Below are positions 1 through 10,665 of a stretch of 64,000 bases of DNA, in pieces. Made by a program: the position numbers and the translations under genes. Each line of letters begins with the position of its first letter. The stretch's first letter is position 1. Source of the DNA: Yuukianura sp. NJ FZ-2021 (lineage: Eukaryota); NCBI GenBank assembly GCA_046563655.1, contig CM102283.1, positions 4,216,001 to 4,280,000 of the forward strand. Reading direction: 5' to 3'. The notes under the pieces are model-generated. The model ran no database searches. It saw only the letters and a program-made list of their open reading frames with translations, and was not told the origin of the DNA.

Positions 1-3000
1 CCGCTGTCACGAGCCAAATGCTATGGGCAATTGACAACTACAGTGGGTCTCCTTCCGGTCAGATAATGATGTGGTTATTTAGAGACATTTTGTAACATTT
101 TGTGACATTCGACGACGAAAAACGACAAATGTTGAAGTTCAGTTAATTTGACAAAGATGCTTCTGTGGGCTCATGTTTGACGAGATTTACTCGACACGCG
201 TTTCGTGAGGTAAGCCGTTTGAAAAACCACCTTGAGATGAAGAATAGGAAGCGTTCTGTTTATTTCACCGGGAGGTAAATATGGAATTCATCTCGTTGTT
301 ATTTGTTGGGCAATATTTACTTTACACTGTCGGCACGCCTAAAAAGAAGACCGCTGTCACGAGCCAAATGCTATGGGCAATTGACAACTTCAGTGGGTCT
401 CCTTGCGGTCAGATAATGATGTGGTTATTTAGAGACATTTTGTAACATTTTGTGACATTCGACGACAAAAAACGACAAATGTTGAAGTTCAGTTAATTTG
501 ACAAACATGCTTCTGTGGGCTTATGTTTGACGAGATTTACTCGACACGCGTTTCGTGAGGTAAGCCGTTCGAAAAACCACCTTGAGATGAAGAATAGGAA
601 GCGTTCTGTTTATTTCACCGGGAGGTAAATATGGAATTCATCTCGTTGTTATTTGTTGGGCAATATTTACTTTACACTGTCGGCAAGCCTTAAAAAAAGA
701 CCGCTGTAACGAGCCAAATGCAAGGGGCTATTGACAACTACAGTAGGTCTCCATGTGGTCAGATGATGATGTGGTTATTTAGAGACATTTTGTAACATTT
801 TGTGACATTCGACGACAAAAAGCGACAAATGTTGAAGTTCAGTTAATTTGACAAACATGCTTCTGTGAGCTTATGTTTGACGAGATTTACTCGACACACG
901 TCTCTTGAGGTAAGTGGTTCGATAAACCACCTTGAGATGAAGAATAAGAAGCGTTATGTTTATTTGACCGGGAGTAAACAGGGAATTCATCTCGTTGTTA
1001 TTTGTTTTCCAATATTTACTTTATCTTGCCGGCACGCCTAAAAAGAAGACCGCTGTCACGAGCCAACTGCTATGGGCAATTGACAACTACAGTGGGTCTC
1101 CTTGCGGTCAGATAATGATGTGGTTATTTAGAGACATTTTGTAACATTTTGTGACATTCGACGACGAAAAACGACAGATGTTGAAGTTCAGTTAATTTGA
1201 CAAACATGCTTCTGTGGGCTTATGTTTGACGAGATTTACTCGACACGCGTTTCGTGAGGTAAGCCGTTCGAAAAACCACCTTGAGATGAAGAATAGGAAG
1301 CGTTATGTTTATTTCACCGGGAGGTAAATATGGAATTCATCTCGTTGTTATTTGTTTTCCAATATTTACTTTATAGTGTCGGCACGCCTAAAAAGAAGAC
1401 CGCTGTCACGAGCCAAATGCTATGGGCAATTGACAACTACAGTGGGTCTCCTTGCGGTCAGATAATGATGTGGTTATTTAGAGACATTTTGTAACATTTT
1501 GTGACATTCGACGACAAAAAATGACAAATGTTGAAGTTCAGTTAATTTGACAAACATGCTTCTGTGAGCTTATGTTTGACGAGATTTACTCGACACACGT
1601 CTTTTGAGGTAAGTGGTTCGATAAACCATCTTGAGATGAAGAATAGGAAGCGTTATGTTTATTTGACCGGGAGTAAACAGGAAATTCATCTCGTTGTTAT
1701 TTCATTTCCAATATTTACTTTATAGTGTCGGCACGCCTAAAACGAAGACCGCTGTCACGAGCCAAATGCTATGGGCAATTGACAACTACAGTGGGTCTCC
1801 TTGCGGTCAGATAATGATGTGGTTATTTAGAGACATTTTGTAACATTTTGTGACATTCGACGACGAAAAACGACAGATGTTGAAGTTCAGTTAATTTGAC
1901 AAACATGCTTCTGTGGGCTTATGTTTGACGAGATTTACTCGACACGCGTTTCGTGAGGTAAGCCGTTCGAAAAACCACCTTGAGATGAAGAATAGGAAGC
2001 GTTCTGTTTATTTCACCGGGAGGTAAATATGGAATTCATCTCGTTGTTATTTGTTTTCCAATATTTACTTTATAGTGTCGGCACGCCTAAAAAGAAGACC
2101 GCTGTCACGAGCCAAATGCTATGGGCAATTGACAACTGCAGTGGGTTTCCTTGCGGTCAGATAATGATGTGGTTATTTAGAGACATTTTGTAACATTTTG
2201 TGACATTCGATGACGAAAAATGACAAATGTTGAAGTTCAGTTAATTTGACAAACATGCTTCTGTGAGCTTATGTTTGACGAGATTTACTCGACACACGTC
2301 TCTTGAGGTAAGTGGTTCGATAAACCATCTTGAGATGAAGAATAGGAAGCGTTATGTTTATTTGACCGGGAGTAAACAGGAAATTCATCTCGTTGTTATT
2401 TCATTTCCAATATTTACTTTATAGTGTCGGCACGCCTAAAACGAAGACCGCTGTCACGAGCCAAATGCTATGGGCAATTGACAACTACAGTGGGTCTCCT
2501 TGCGGTCAGATAATGATGTGGTTATTTAGAGACATTTTGTAACATTTTGTGACATTCGACGACGAAAAACGACAGATGTTGAAGTTCAGTTAATTTGACA
2601 AACATGCTTCTGTGGGCTTATGTTTGACGAGATTTACTCGACACGCGTTTCGTGAGGTAAGCCGTTCGAAAAACCACCTTGAGATGAAGAATAGGAAGCG
2701 TTCTGTTTATTTCACCGGGAGGTAAATATGGAATTCATCTCGTTGTTATTTGTTTTCCAATATTTACTTTATAGTGTCGGCACGCCTAAAAAGAAGACCG
2801 CTGTCACGAGCCAAATGCTATGGGCAATTGACAACTACAGTGGGTCTCCTTGCGGTCAGATAATGATGTGGTTATTTAGAGACATTTTGTAACATTTTGT
2901 GACATTCGACGACAAAAAATGACAAATGTTGAAGTTCAGTTAATTTGACAAACATGCTTCTGTGAGCTTATGTTTGACGAGATTTACTCGACACACGTCT

Positions 3001-3765
3001 CTTGAGGTAAGTGGTTCGATAAACCATCTTGAGATGAAGAATAGGAAGCGTTATGTTTATTTGACCGGGAGTAAACAGGAAATTCATCTCGTTGTTATTT
3101 CATTTCCAATATTTACTTTATAGTGTCGGCACGCCTAAAACGAAGACCGCTGTCACGAGCCAAATGCTATGGGCAATTGACAACTACAGCGGGTCTCCTT
3201 GCGGTCAGATAATGATGTGGTTATTTAGAGACATTTTGTAACATTTTGTGACATTCGACGACAAAAAATGACAAATGTTGAAGTTCAGTTAATTTGACAA
3301 ACATGCTTCTGTGAGCTTATGTTTGACGAGATTTACTCGACACACGTCTCTTGAGGTAAGTGGTTCGATAAACCATCTTGAGATGAAGAATAGGAAGCGT
3401 TATGTTTATTTGACCGGGAGTAAACAGGAAATTCATCTCGTTGTTATTTCATTTCCAATATTTACTTTATAGTGTCGGCACGCCTAAAACGAAGACCGCT
3501 GTCACGAGCCAAATGCTATGGGCAATTGACAACTACAGCGGGTCTCCTTGCGGTCAGATAATGATGTGGTTATTTAGAGACATTTTGTAACATTTTGTGA
3601 CATTCGACGACGAAAAACGACAGATGTTGAAGTTCAGTTAATTTGACAAACATGCTTCTGTGGGCTTATGTTTGACGAGATTTACTCGACACGCGTTTCG
3701 TGAGGTAAGCCGTTCGAAAAACCACCTTGAGATGAAGAATAGGAAGCGTTCTGTTTATTTCACCG
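1..3765. repeat. 350-bp tandem satellite array, segment 1
   Basis: CCGCTGTCACGAGCCAAATG at 1 and 351 and variants recurring about every 350 bp; two monomer subtypes. Confidence 0.97.
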
Positions 3766-4211
3766 TGTCGGAGTTCTAGCGAACTCCTGGTAATCTGAGG
3801 AAGAAAGTGGGCGAAAACGAACAAGACGAGCAGTTGGATTTTTTGGGGCTTTCGCCCTTTTATTTAAAAAAGAAAGAAAAGATGTGATGGAGACAGTAGT
3901 TTCGATTATTGTTTTGAATTGGAAGAATCTGACTTTGACAACTAGAAGTTGATAGGAAGGGCGCTAAAGACAGACTGAAATTGGTGGGGCAGGAGAGTCT
4001 TGACATGATCTGCTGAGTGACCTTGGTCACTCGTCAGCTCATGAACACAAAAATGCCTCACCTTGTGACATGTATCATGTCACAAGGCATGACACTAAGA
4101 CAGGCTTTTTAGCCTGTAAGACTCGGAGAAAGAAAGAATTTTGATTTAATTAGTGGAGGGGTTGACCAAGGTCAAGCGGCTATTGGCTTGGCCTTGTCAA
4201 TTCCTCCAACA
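3766..4211 (-). repeat. BEL/Pao 3' LTR, 446 bp, copy 1
   Basis: TG...CA ends; matches 20327-20772; adjacent minus-strand purine-rich tract AAGGGCCGGGAG (PPT). Confidence 0.93.
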
Positions 4212-4440
4212 CTCCCGGCCCTTGGTGGATTTAAGATCCACCAAGAGATTTTGAAAATGAACGCTGCTGTGGAAAGTGGAAATGAAATGGAGTGTTGCAG
4301 GAAAAGCCAACCCTAGGAAATGAAATTGTAAATTTTGTAAATAATTGTATATAGTTAATTAATTGTAAATTTAAAGTAAATCTAAAGTAAATCTATTGTT
4401 TACTTTACTCGAATTGGAAAAAGAAAAGAAAAACTTAAAG

Positions 4441-6762
4441 TTATTGAAGTGTGGAGTAGTTGGAGATGACATCGTCGTCCAATGGGAGTGGGGAAAGTTT
4501 GGTGATTGGGCGATGGAAGATCTTGTAAGGTTTTCCATCCGGTTTGGCGGGATCAGGTGGGACAGGAATCCGCACATCGCAGCTGCGCACATGTCCGTCC
4601 TTTCCTGGGAACACGTTCTCGATCCGTCCAAGTGTCCAGCGTTGTGGTCCAATGGCAGCATCGGAATCGTGGAGCAGAACGAGCATGTCCTTGTTGAGGT
4701 TCGGCTTGGAGTCGAGCCACTTTCCCTTTTGCTGGAGAGTATGGAGATAGTCCAACTTCCAGCGTTTGAACAAATGTTGGGTCATCTGTTGGACGTGTTG
4801 CCAGCGGCAACGGTGACTTTTCCTCCAAGTGACGTCTTCCTCGGTCACTTCTCTTGGTCCGCGTAGGGTGAGAAAGTGAAAGGGTGTTAGCACCTGGAAG
4901 TCGTCTGGAGAGTCGGAGATCGGAGTAAGCGGTCGAGAGTTGAGGTTGGCGGAGGTTCTGGCCAGCAAGGTCACGAACTCTTCGATTGAAGGATGATGAC
5001 CTTGGGTGACCTTGGCAAGGTTCGTCTTCATACTTTTTACGGCTGCTTCCCAAATACCGCCGTGATGTGGTCCGTAGGGAGGAGAAAAGTGAAAGCGGAT
5101 GCTTTCACCAATGCAGAAGAGATTGACCTTGTTGAGATGTTGTGGAGAGGTGATGAGACGCTGGAGTTCTGCCATCTCATTTTTGGCGCCAAGGAAATTT
5201 CTGCCTCCGTCGCAGAAAATGTCGGATGGTGCATTTCGGATTGCAATGAAGCGTTGGAAGGCGGAGAGAAAGTTTGGAGTGCTGAGCCCTCCAGAAAATT
5301 CCAGATGAATGGCCTTGGTGGCCATACAAATAAAAACACAAACATACGCTTTGAGCATGCGCGGTTTCCTTCCAGTGGTGGCGGCGATTTCGAACGGACC
5401 TGCGTAGTCCGTTCCCACTTTCACAAAGGGAAAGTCAGTGGTGACACGAGCAGGAGGAAGTTGACCCATAATTTGGAGACTTGGTGTTGGATTGGCCTTG
5501 AAGCACTGAATGCAGCGGCGGTCGACCCATTTGCAGAGGTCATGACCCCGTGGAATCCAGAACTCGGTCCGGACAAGAGAAAGGAGTAACTTCGGTCCTG
5601 CGTGTAGATGGTGTATGTGGAAGTCACGAACAATGGCCAAAACGAAAGCGTTGATTTGTTGTTGTTCCGTGTTGCTTGGGCGACGACGGAATTTTGGAAG
5701 TAAAATCGGATGACGCATGTTAAAGTTGATTGGAGACTGCTGGAGTCGTCCACCAACTCGGAGTACTCCGTTTTCGTCCAAAAACGGAGACAAAAAACGA
5801 AGTTTGGTTTTGGCGGGCTTTTTGTGACACTGTGCACAAAAGTCAATTTCAGATGAAAAAGGCAAACGTTGGACACACTTCACCAAGGGAATCACTGCGT
5901 CACTGATTTCCTTTGTAGTGACGTAAATTTGGATGGGCGTGGCTTGTGGTGAGGTCAACTTGGTTTTGACCCTGTCAACACACCGTTGTCGTAGTCGTGT
6001 TTTATAGCGTAACCAATACGCTATAAGTCTTTTCATTTTTTGAAAAGACGAAACGGTGGTGATGAGTCGGAGTAGGCAGGAGTTGACGTAGTCAATTCCT
6101 CTGGAAGTGGAAGTGGTACATGACGTCACTGATTTTGAGTATGGTTGTGGTGGCAGTTCATCTGTCAGGAGAAAGGTGGGCCCGTGCAGCCAAAGTTCAC
6201 TGTTGAGTAGTTGGAGTGCAGTGAGTCCCCGAGTAGGCAAGTCGGCAGGATTCATGCCGCCTGGGACATGAAACCAATGGAGTTGCGCAATAGAATTTTT
6301 GATTTTGCGCACTCGGTTCAGCACAAACACAGATTGTTTTTCGGTAGAAAACAGTTGGCCTAAGGCACCGGTGGAATCCGTAAAGCAGATGAACTTTTCG
6401 ATTTTGATTTTTGTTGGTGAAAGTGCAGTTGAAATGGAGTTCACTAAATTTGTGAGGAGCACTGCACTACACAATTCCAGTTTTGGAGTGGTTTCCCCAG
6501 CTACCGGAGCAACTCGGGTTTTGGCGGCAACTAACTCCACTTTTACTTCTCCATTTTGAATGGAGCGGAGATATGCGCATGCGCAGTACGCTTGGGTACT
6601 GGCATCGCAAAAACCAATTAGGTCGTAGTGAGTGTTGTCGGGAGAGAAAGTGGAGAAAGCCAAACACCGTGGAATTCGGAATTGTTTGAGGAGGGAAAGT
6701 TCACCGCAGTACTTTTCCCATTTTTTGAAAATGTGAAGTGGGATTGGCTCGTCCCATGTCAA
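4441..6762 (-). CDS. pol: BEL/Pao pol C-terminal part: RNase H, integrase, C-terminal domain
   Basis: GFCDAS..AY and TPKLEL (Pao RNase H), HHCC zinc motif, DYAGP, GGIWEAAVKS, RWQHVQQ..WKLDYL. Separated from the upstream part by a premature TGA at 6772-6774. Confidence 0.9.
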   Translation of the reverse strand: MTWDEPIPLHIFKKWEKYCGELSLLKQFRIPRCLAFSTFSPDNTHYDLIGFCDASTQAYCACAYLRSIQNGEVKVELVAAKTRVAPVAGETTPKLELCSAVLLTNLVNSISTALSPTKIKIEKFICFTDSTGALGQLFSTEKQSVFVLNRVRKIKNSIAQLHWFHVPGGMNPADLPTRGLTALQLLNSELWLHGPTFLLTDELPPQPYSKSVTSCTTSTSRGIDYVNSCLLRLITTVSSFQKMKRLIAYWLRYKTRLRQRCVDRVKTKLTSPQATPIQIYVTTKEISDAVIPLVKCVQRLPFSSEIDFCAQCHKKPAKTKLRFLSPFLDENGVLRVGGRLQQSPINFNMRHPILLPKFRRRPSNTEQQQINAFVLAIVRDFHIHHLHAGPKLLLSLVRTEFWIPRGHDLCKWVDRRCIQCFKANPTPSLQIMGQLPPARVTTDFPFVKVGTDYAGPFEIAATTGRKPRMLKAYVCVFICMATKAIHLEFSGGLSTPNFLSAFQRFIAIRNAPSDIFCDGGRNFLGAKNEMAELQRLITSPQHLNKVNLFCIGESIRFHFSPPYGPHHGGIWEAAVKSMKTNLAKVTQGHHPSIEEFVTLLARTSANLNSRPLTPISDSPDDFQVLTPFHFLTLRGPREVTEEDVTWRKSHRCRWQHVQQMTQHLFKRWKLDYLHTLQQKGKWLDSKPNLNKDMLVLLHDSDAAIGPQRWTLGRIENVFPGKDGHVRSCDVRIPVPPDPAKPDGKPYKIFHRPITKLSPLPLDDDVISNYSTLQ

Positions 6763-6771
6763 TTTGAGCTT

Positions 6772-8499
6772 TCATAGCTCTTGGAGGATGATTTTAGGAA
6801 TTATGGTAACTGGAGCAAGCCAATTGAGGGGATCAAACACTTTGGCGGTGTGCGACAAAACTTCACGTTTGGTTGCTTGGGTAACTTTTGGGGGGTCGCA
6901 TATTTTTACACCAAAAGTGTCGGAGTGTGGATGCCAGTAGAGTCCAATTGTTTTGATTGACTCATCTTCCTGGATGTTGAGGGAGAAAGTTTCGCGCTCG
7001 GAGGTGGGAATGGAGCTTAACACTTCCGGGTGGTTAGAGCACCATTTTTGTAGTGGAAACTTTCCCTGGTTGAGAACAGTGGTGACTTGGCTCTTCAATT
7101 CCATCGCTTCTTCCATCGTCGTTGCACCGGAAAGCAAGTTGTCGACGAGAAAGTCGCTGGTGATGGCTGCATGGGCGAGTGGGAATTCGGCTTTAGCGTC
7201 TTCCCCCAGTTGGCGTAATACTCGGATCGCCAAAAACGGAGCCGATGTTACGCCAAAAATTACACGGTTAAAACGGAGGTCGGTGAAAGTGTGATCCGGT
7301 GACTTTCTCCACACGAAGCGTTGAAAGTCAGAATGGGCTGGATGCACTTTCACTTGATGGTAAAATTTAACAATGTCCGCAGACAATGCTATTTGGTGGG
7401 AGCGGAACCGTGTAAGTAGCGGATGCAGATCGGTTTGGATCTTTGGACCAGGGAGGAGGAGACTGTTCAAACTTTCACCGGAAGTGGTCTTCGCGGAAGC
7501 GTTGAACACAATACGCACTTTGGTGGTGGTATTTTCTGGTTTCACTACCACGTGATGTGGTATGTAATAGGGGTTAAGTGTGCACTCGGCTTTAGCCACA
7601 TTGGTCACTTTCACTTTTGTGGATGGTTGGATTGGAGGAACAACTTCCACCCATTTGTTGAAAATGAAATTCTCAATTTGGGTGTGGTAATTTTCCTGGA
7701 GAGCTGGATCCTTTTCCAGTTGCCTCTCCAGTGATCGGAAGCAGGAAACTGCTTTTTGGCGAGATTCCCCCAGAACCCCAGCATTAGTGGAGAACGGGAG
7801 GTTGACCTCGTAGCGGCCTTCGGAGTCGCGGGTGAAAGTGGAGAGAAAGTGATCTTCACACTGTTGGTCACTGGAAGTGAGATTTGAGGAAATGGGAGTT
7901 GGTTCTTCCAATTCCCAAAATTTTTGGAGTGACGATTCGAGGCACTGGTCACTGACTGAACAAGTGGAGTGGAAGGAACTGGCACTAAAATTGGAAGATG
8001 ACACTTTGGTAGGTGCACTGCCACTTAGGTACCACCCAAATTTTGTATTTTGGGCGATTGGAGTACCCGGGAGTCCTCGGCGAAGTCCCGGAAGTTTAAT
8101 GAGTGCTTCCACTTCCGCTCCGAAGAGAATGTCCACGTGAGCGGGAGAGTGAAAGATCGGATCGGAGAGGGTTAGACCCTCTAGATGAGGAAAGTTGATT
8201 TGGCACTTTTCACGGGGAAGGTGACCAGTCAACTTTGGAAGCACAAGTGCTTTCACTGGAAGTGAAAAATTGGTGGAAGTGGAGTGGGCGGTGAAATTCA
8301 CTAGTCCACGAGAAAAGTCACTTTTGGATCCGCCGATGCCAGTGATGTTCACACATGAGTGCTGTCTGGGTAACCAAAACCGTGACATGAAATTTTCAGA
8401 AACGAAATTCGTATCTGATCCTGGGTCTAAAAAGACTCGGCATGGTTGGAGGTTACCATTGGTGTCACATACATTCACTATTAGAGTGGCCATTAGCAC
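6772..8499 (-). CDS. pol: BEL/Pao pol N-terminal part: aspartic protease and reverse transcriptase (premature stop)
   Basis: FLDPGSD protease motif; YIPHH, KVRIVFNAS, ADIVKFYHQV, FGVTSAPF, FLVDN RT motifs. Confidence 0.9.
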   Translation of the reverse strand: MLMATLIVNVCDTNGNLQPCRVFLDPGSDTNFVSENFMSRFWLPRQHSCVNITGIGGSKSDFSRGLVNFTAHSTSTNFSLPVKALVLPKLTGHLPREKCQINFPHLEGLTLSDPIFHSPAHVDILFGAEVEALIKLPGLRRGLPGTPIAQNTKFGWYLSGSAPTKVSSSNFSASSFHSTCSVSDQCLESSLQKFWELEEPTPISSNLTSSDQQCEDHFLSTFTRDSEGRYEVNLPFSTNAGVLGESRQKAVSCFRSLERQLEKDPALQENYHTQIENFIFNKWVEVVPPIQPSTKVKVTNVAKAECTLNPYYIPHHVVVKPENTTTKVRIVFNASAKTTSGESLNSLLLPGPKIQTDLHPLLTRFRSHQIALSADIVKFYHQVKVHPAHSDFQRFVWRKSPDHTFTDLRFNRVIFGVTSAPFLAIRVLRQLGEDAKAEFPLAHAAITSDFLVDNLLSGATTMEEAMELKSQVTTVLNQGKFPLQKWCSNHPEVLSSIPTSERETFSLNIQEDESIKTIGLYWHPHSDTFGVKICDPPKVTQATKREVLSHTAKVFDPLNWLAPVTIIPKIILQEL

Positions 8500-8759
8500 T
8501 ACACTGTCATTGGAGAAAGGAGCTGTGGAGTGAAGTGAAGTGACGTCATTTGGTGGATTTGATTTGGTGGCACTGGTGGATGGAGTTTGACTTTCCTTTG
8601 GTTTGGAATTGGAGTGACCTTGACTCTGGTGTGAATCAGGCTTTGTGGATGTGGTGTCCTTGGAGTCAAACTTGTGTAGTGAGGGATGGTGTTTTTTGTT
8701 GCAGTGTCTGCAGAATGTTTTATAAAAACAATCTGCAGAACATAACGCCGGAAAATAAA

Positions 8760-9371
8760 ATGGAAGACAAAATGAACCAAATCCTAAAACAACTCAGCAT
8801 CCTTCCATCGATTGCTGAGACTGTGGCCACCACAAATACCCAGCTAACGGTTGTCTCCGATGCGGTCGAACGTCTCCATCAACGCTGCCAGGAACTCACG
8901 GATCGCTTAACAGCGCAAGAGCAACATGTAGCGAAATTGGAATCGTCAGTGATCACTCTGAAGGATGAAAACCATGACTTAAAGCTCACGGTCGGCCGCC
9001 TACAAGCGGAAATGAATAAGAACTTCCTCATATTCCAAGGAATCCCTGAAGACACGACTAATCTTGAGAACTTCGTCACACAATTTATCGCTGCAAACCT
9101 CAATCTGTCACAAATTGAAGTAAAACTAGTACGTCGAATTGGAAGATCTCCACAAACTCTGAGTTCCCGCCCACGACCAGTATCTGTCAACTTTCCCAGC
9201 ATCGATCACCGTAATACCGTCTTGAATGCCTCCAAAAAACTGAAGCACACTGAAATCTCAATTTATGCAGATCGTCCCAAGATCCTTAGAGATGAAGCCA
9301 AACGAAAATGGGAAATCACGAGCAAATCACACGCACCGATCAACCAACCAAAACCCCCGAACCAGTATTGA
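8760..9371 (+). CDS. LINE ORF1p (coiled coil plus RRM-like region), MEDKMNQ...
   Basis: ATG 21 bp inside the LINE; heptad-rich N-terminus; NFLIFQGIPE, RRIGR, RPRPVSVNF, ISIYAD motifs. The track ORF from 8550 is a chimera with antisense BEL sequence. Confidence 0.85.
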   Translation: MEDKMNQILKQLSILPSIAETVATTNTQLTVVSDAVERLHQRCQELTDRLTAQEQHVAKLESSVITLKDENHDLKLTVGRLQAEMNKNFLIFQGIPEDTTNLENFVTQFIAANLNLSQIEVKLVRRIGRSPQTLSSRPRPVSVNFPSIDHRNTVLNASKKLKHTEISIYADRPKILRDEAKRKWEITSKSHAPINQPKPPNQY

Positions 9372-10652
9372 CATCTCGGCAGCCCTCAACAAGCACTCAC
9401 TCTTCGCAATCCAGTTACTATTTTATACTACAACGTCAACGGCATTTTAAGTAAGAGATCCGACTTTTTTATAGATTTAATTAAGATCAACCCAACAATC
9501 TTTTGTCTCAGTGAAACTATGCTTACTTCTAAGTCTTTTACAAATTTTCATCTTCAACAATCCTACGAAATTAAAGTAATTCCAGCACAGCAAAGATCCC
9601 GTGGGAGACCAAGCGGCGGACTAATTATCGCATGGGACAAACAAATAGCGAATCAAGTATCAATTTTTAAACAAACCTCATTCTACATTATTCTAAAACT
9701 GAACACTCTGAGCAAAAATATTTATCTAGTTTTCTTCTACCTCTCTCCAGATACCGTGTACTGCCCGAAGCTAACCGAGATGATGGAGGACGTAACATTT
9801 TTGAACAACCCTTTGAACAGTTTAATCCTTGTTGGGGACGCCAATGCCCACACGAGTTCTCTGTCCACGTCAATGGGTCCACAAAGATCAAGTAAAGATA
9901 ACCGACTAAACGCAAGAGGAAAGGAACTACTAAAACACGCAGAATCAAATGGTCTAATTATTGGGAACGGTGCAATTGAAGGTGATAGACTAGGGGAATT
10001 TACATTTATAAGCCCATCCCACTCTACCTCTACAGTAATCGATTACTTACTATTCTCTCCTTCTTGTCTAGACCTAATACGCTCTTTCAACGTCTTAGAT
10101 CTTTCTCACTCACCTCATTTTCCAATACTCACCACTTTAGCCGAGTCGATCCCTGAACATCAACCCAGGTGTAACAAAACACAGATCAAAGTCCCGAAGG
10201 ACACCACCCTATTGCAAAAATTTAAAAATGAGCTAAACGACAACATGCACAGAGTCAATGCAGCACAATCACCATCCACGACACGAAACCAGATCTACGC
10301 CAGCATCTTAGATGCTTGTAAAGCAAGCAGACTCAGCACTGAACGAAGCTCACTGCCGCCCAAAAAGATGCCACCGTGGTTTGACAAGGAATGTGTAACC
10401 CAAAAATACACAAGAAATAAATCGCTACGTCACTTTAGACGCATATCATCACTCAAATATGAAAAAAAGTCGGCGGCGTTACAGAACTACATCCAACTAA
10501 ACAAGGCATACCGCAACACCTGCAAAGAAAAATCGGAATCCTTTGCCCTCCAACTCCAGGAAAAATTCCATAACATCAAAAACTCAAAGGCGTTCTGGAA
10601 CACAGTTAAACACTACAAACCGAAACAAATCAATCAAGTGAACCAAATCGAA
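9372..10652 (+). pseudogene. LINE ORF2 fragment (APE endonuclease), truncated
   Basis: YYNVNG, FCLSET, GDANAH, VIDY, SHSPHFPI motifs; cut at the rearrangement junction. Confidence 0.88.
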
Positions 10653-10665
10653 CCTAACCTAACCT
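10651..10665 (-). repeat. (AACCT)3, equivalent to TTAGG telomere-type repeat, at the LINE/satellite junction
   Basis: AACCTAACCTAACCT; the central 11 nt are absent from both the intact LINE (ATCGAAGGGCC) and the satellite (GGGTCTCCTTG). Confidence 0.75.

Larger units (their letters stand above)
3766..8738 (-). mobile_element. BEL/Pao LTR retrotransposon, truncated duplicate (3' LTR, pol, end of gag)
   Basis: Same satellite junction (CACCG|TGTCGGAG) as the copy at 20327 and near-identical sequence. Interrupted by the same LINE and has no 5' part. Confidence 0.93.
8739..10652 (+). mobile_element. LINE, 3'-truncated duplicate (ORF1 and endonuclease)
   Basis: Near-identical to 25803-27715; follows ATAAAAACAATCTGCAG (8722-8738); ends abruptly at 10652. 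Confidence 0.92.

Noticed and set aside
4371-8533. Many small overlapping or antisense ORFs within BEL pol (and their duplicates at 20932-25597)
   Set aside because: Shadow frames of the pol coding sequence.
8550-8759. Trp/Cys-rich N-terminal extension of LINE ORF1
   Set aside because: Nearly all of it lies outside the LINE and is antisense BEL gag sequence.
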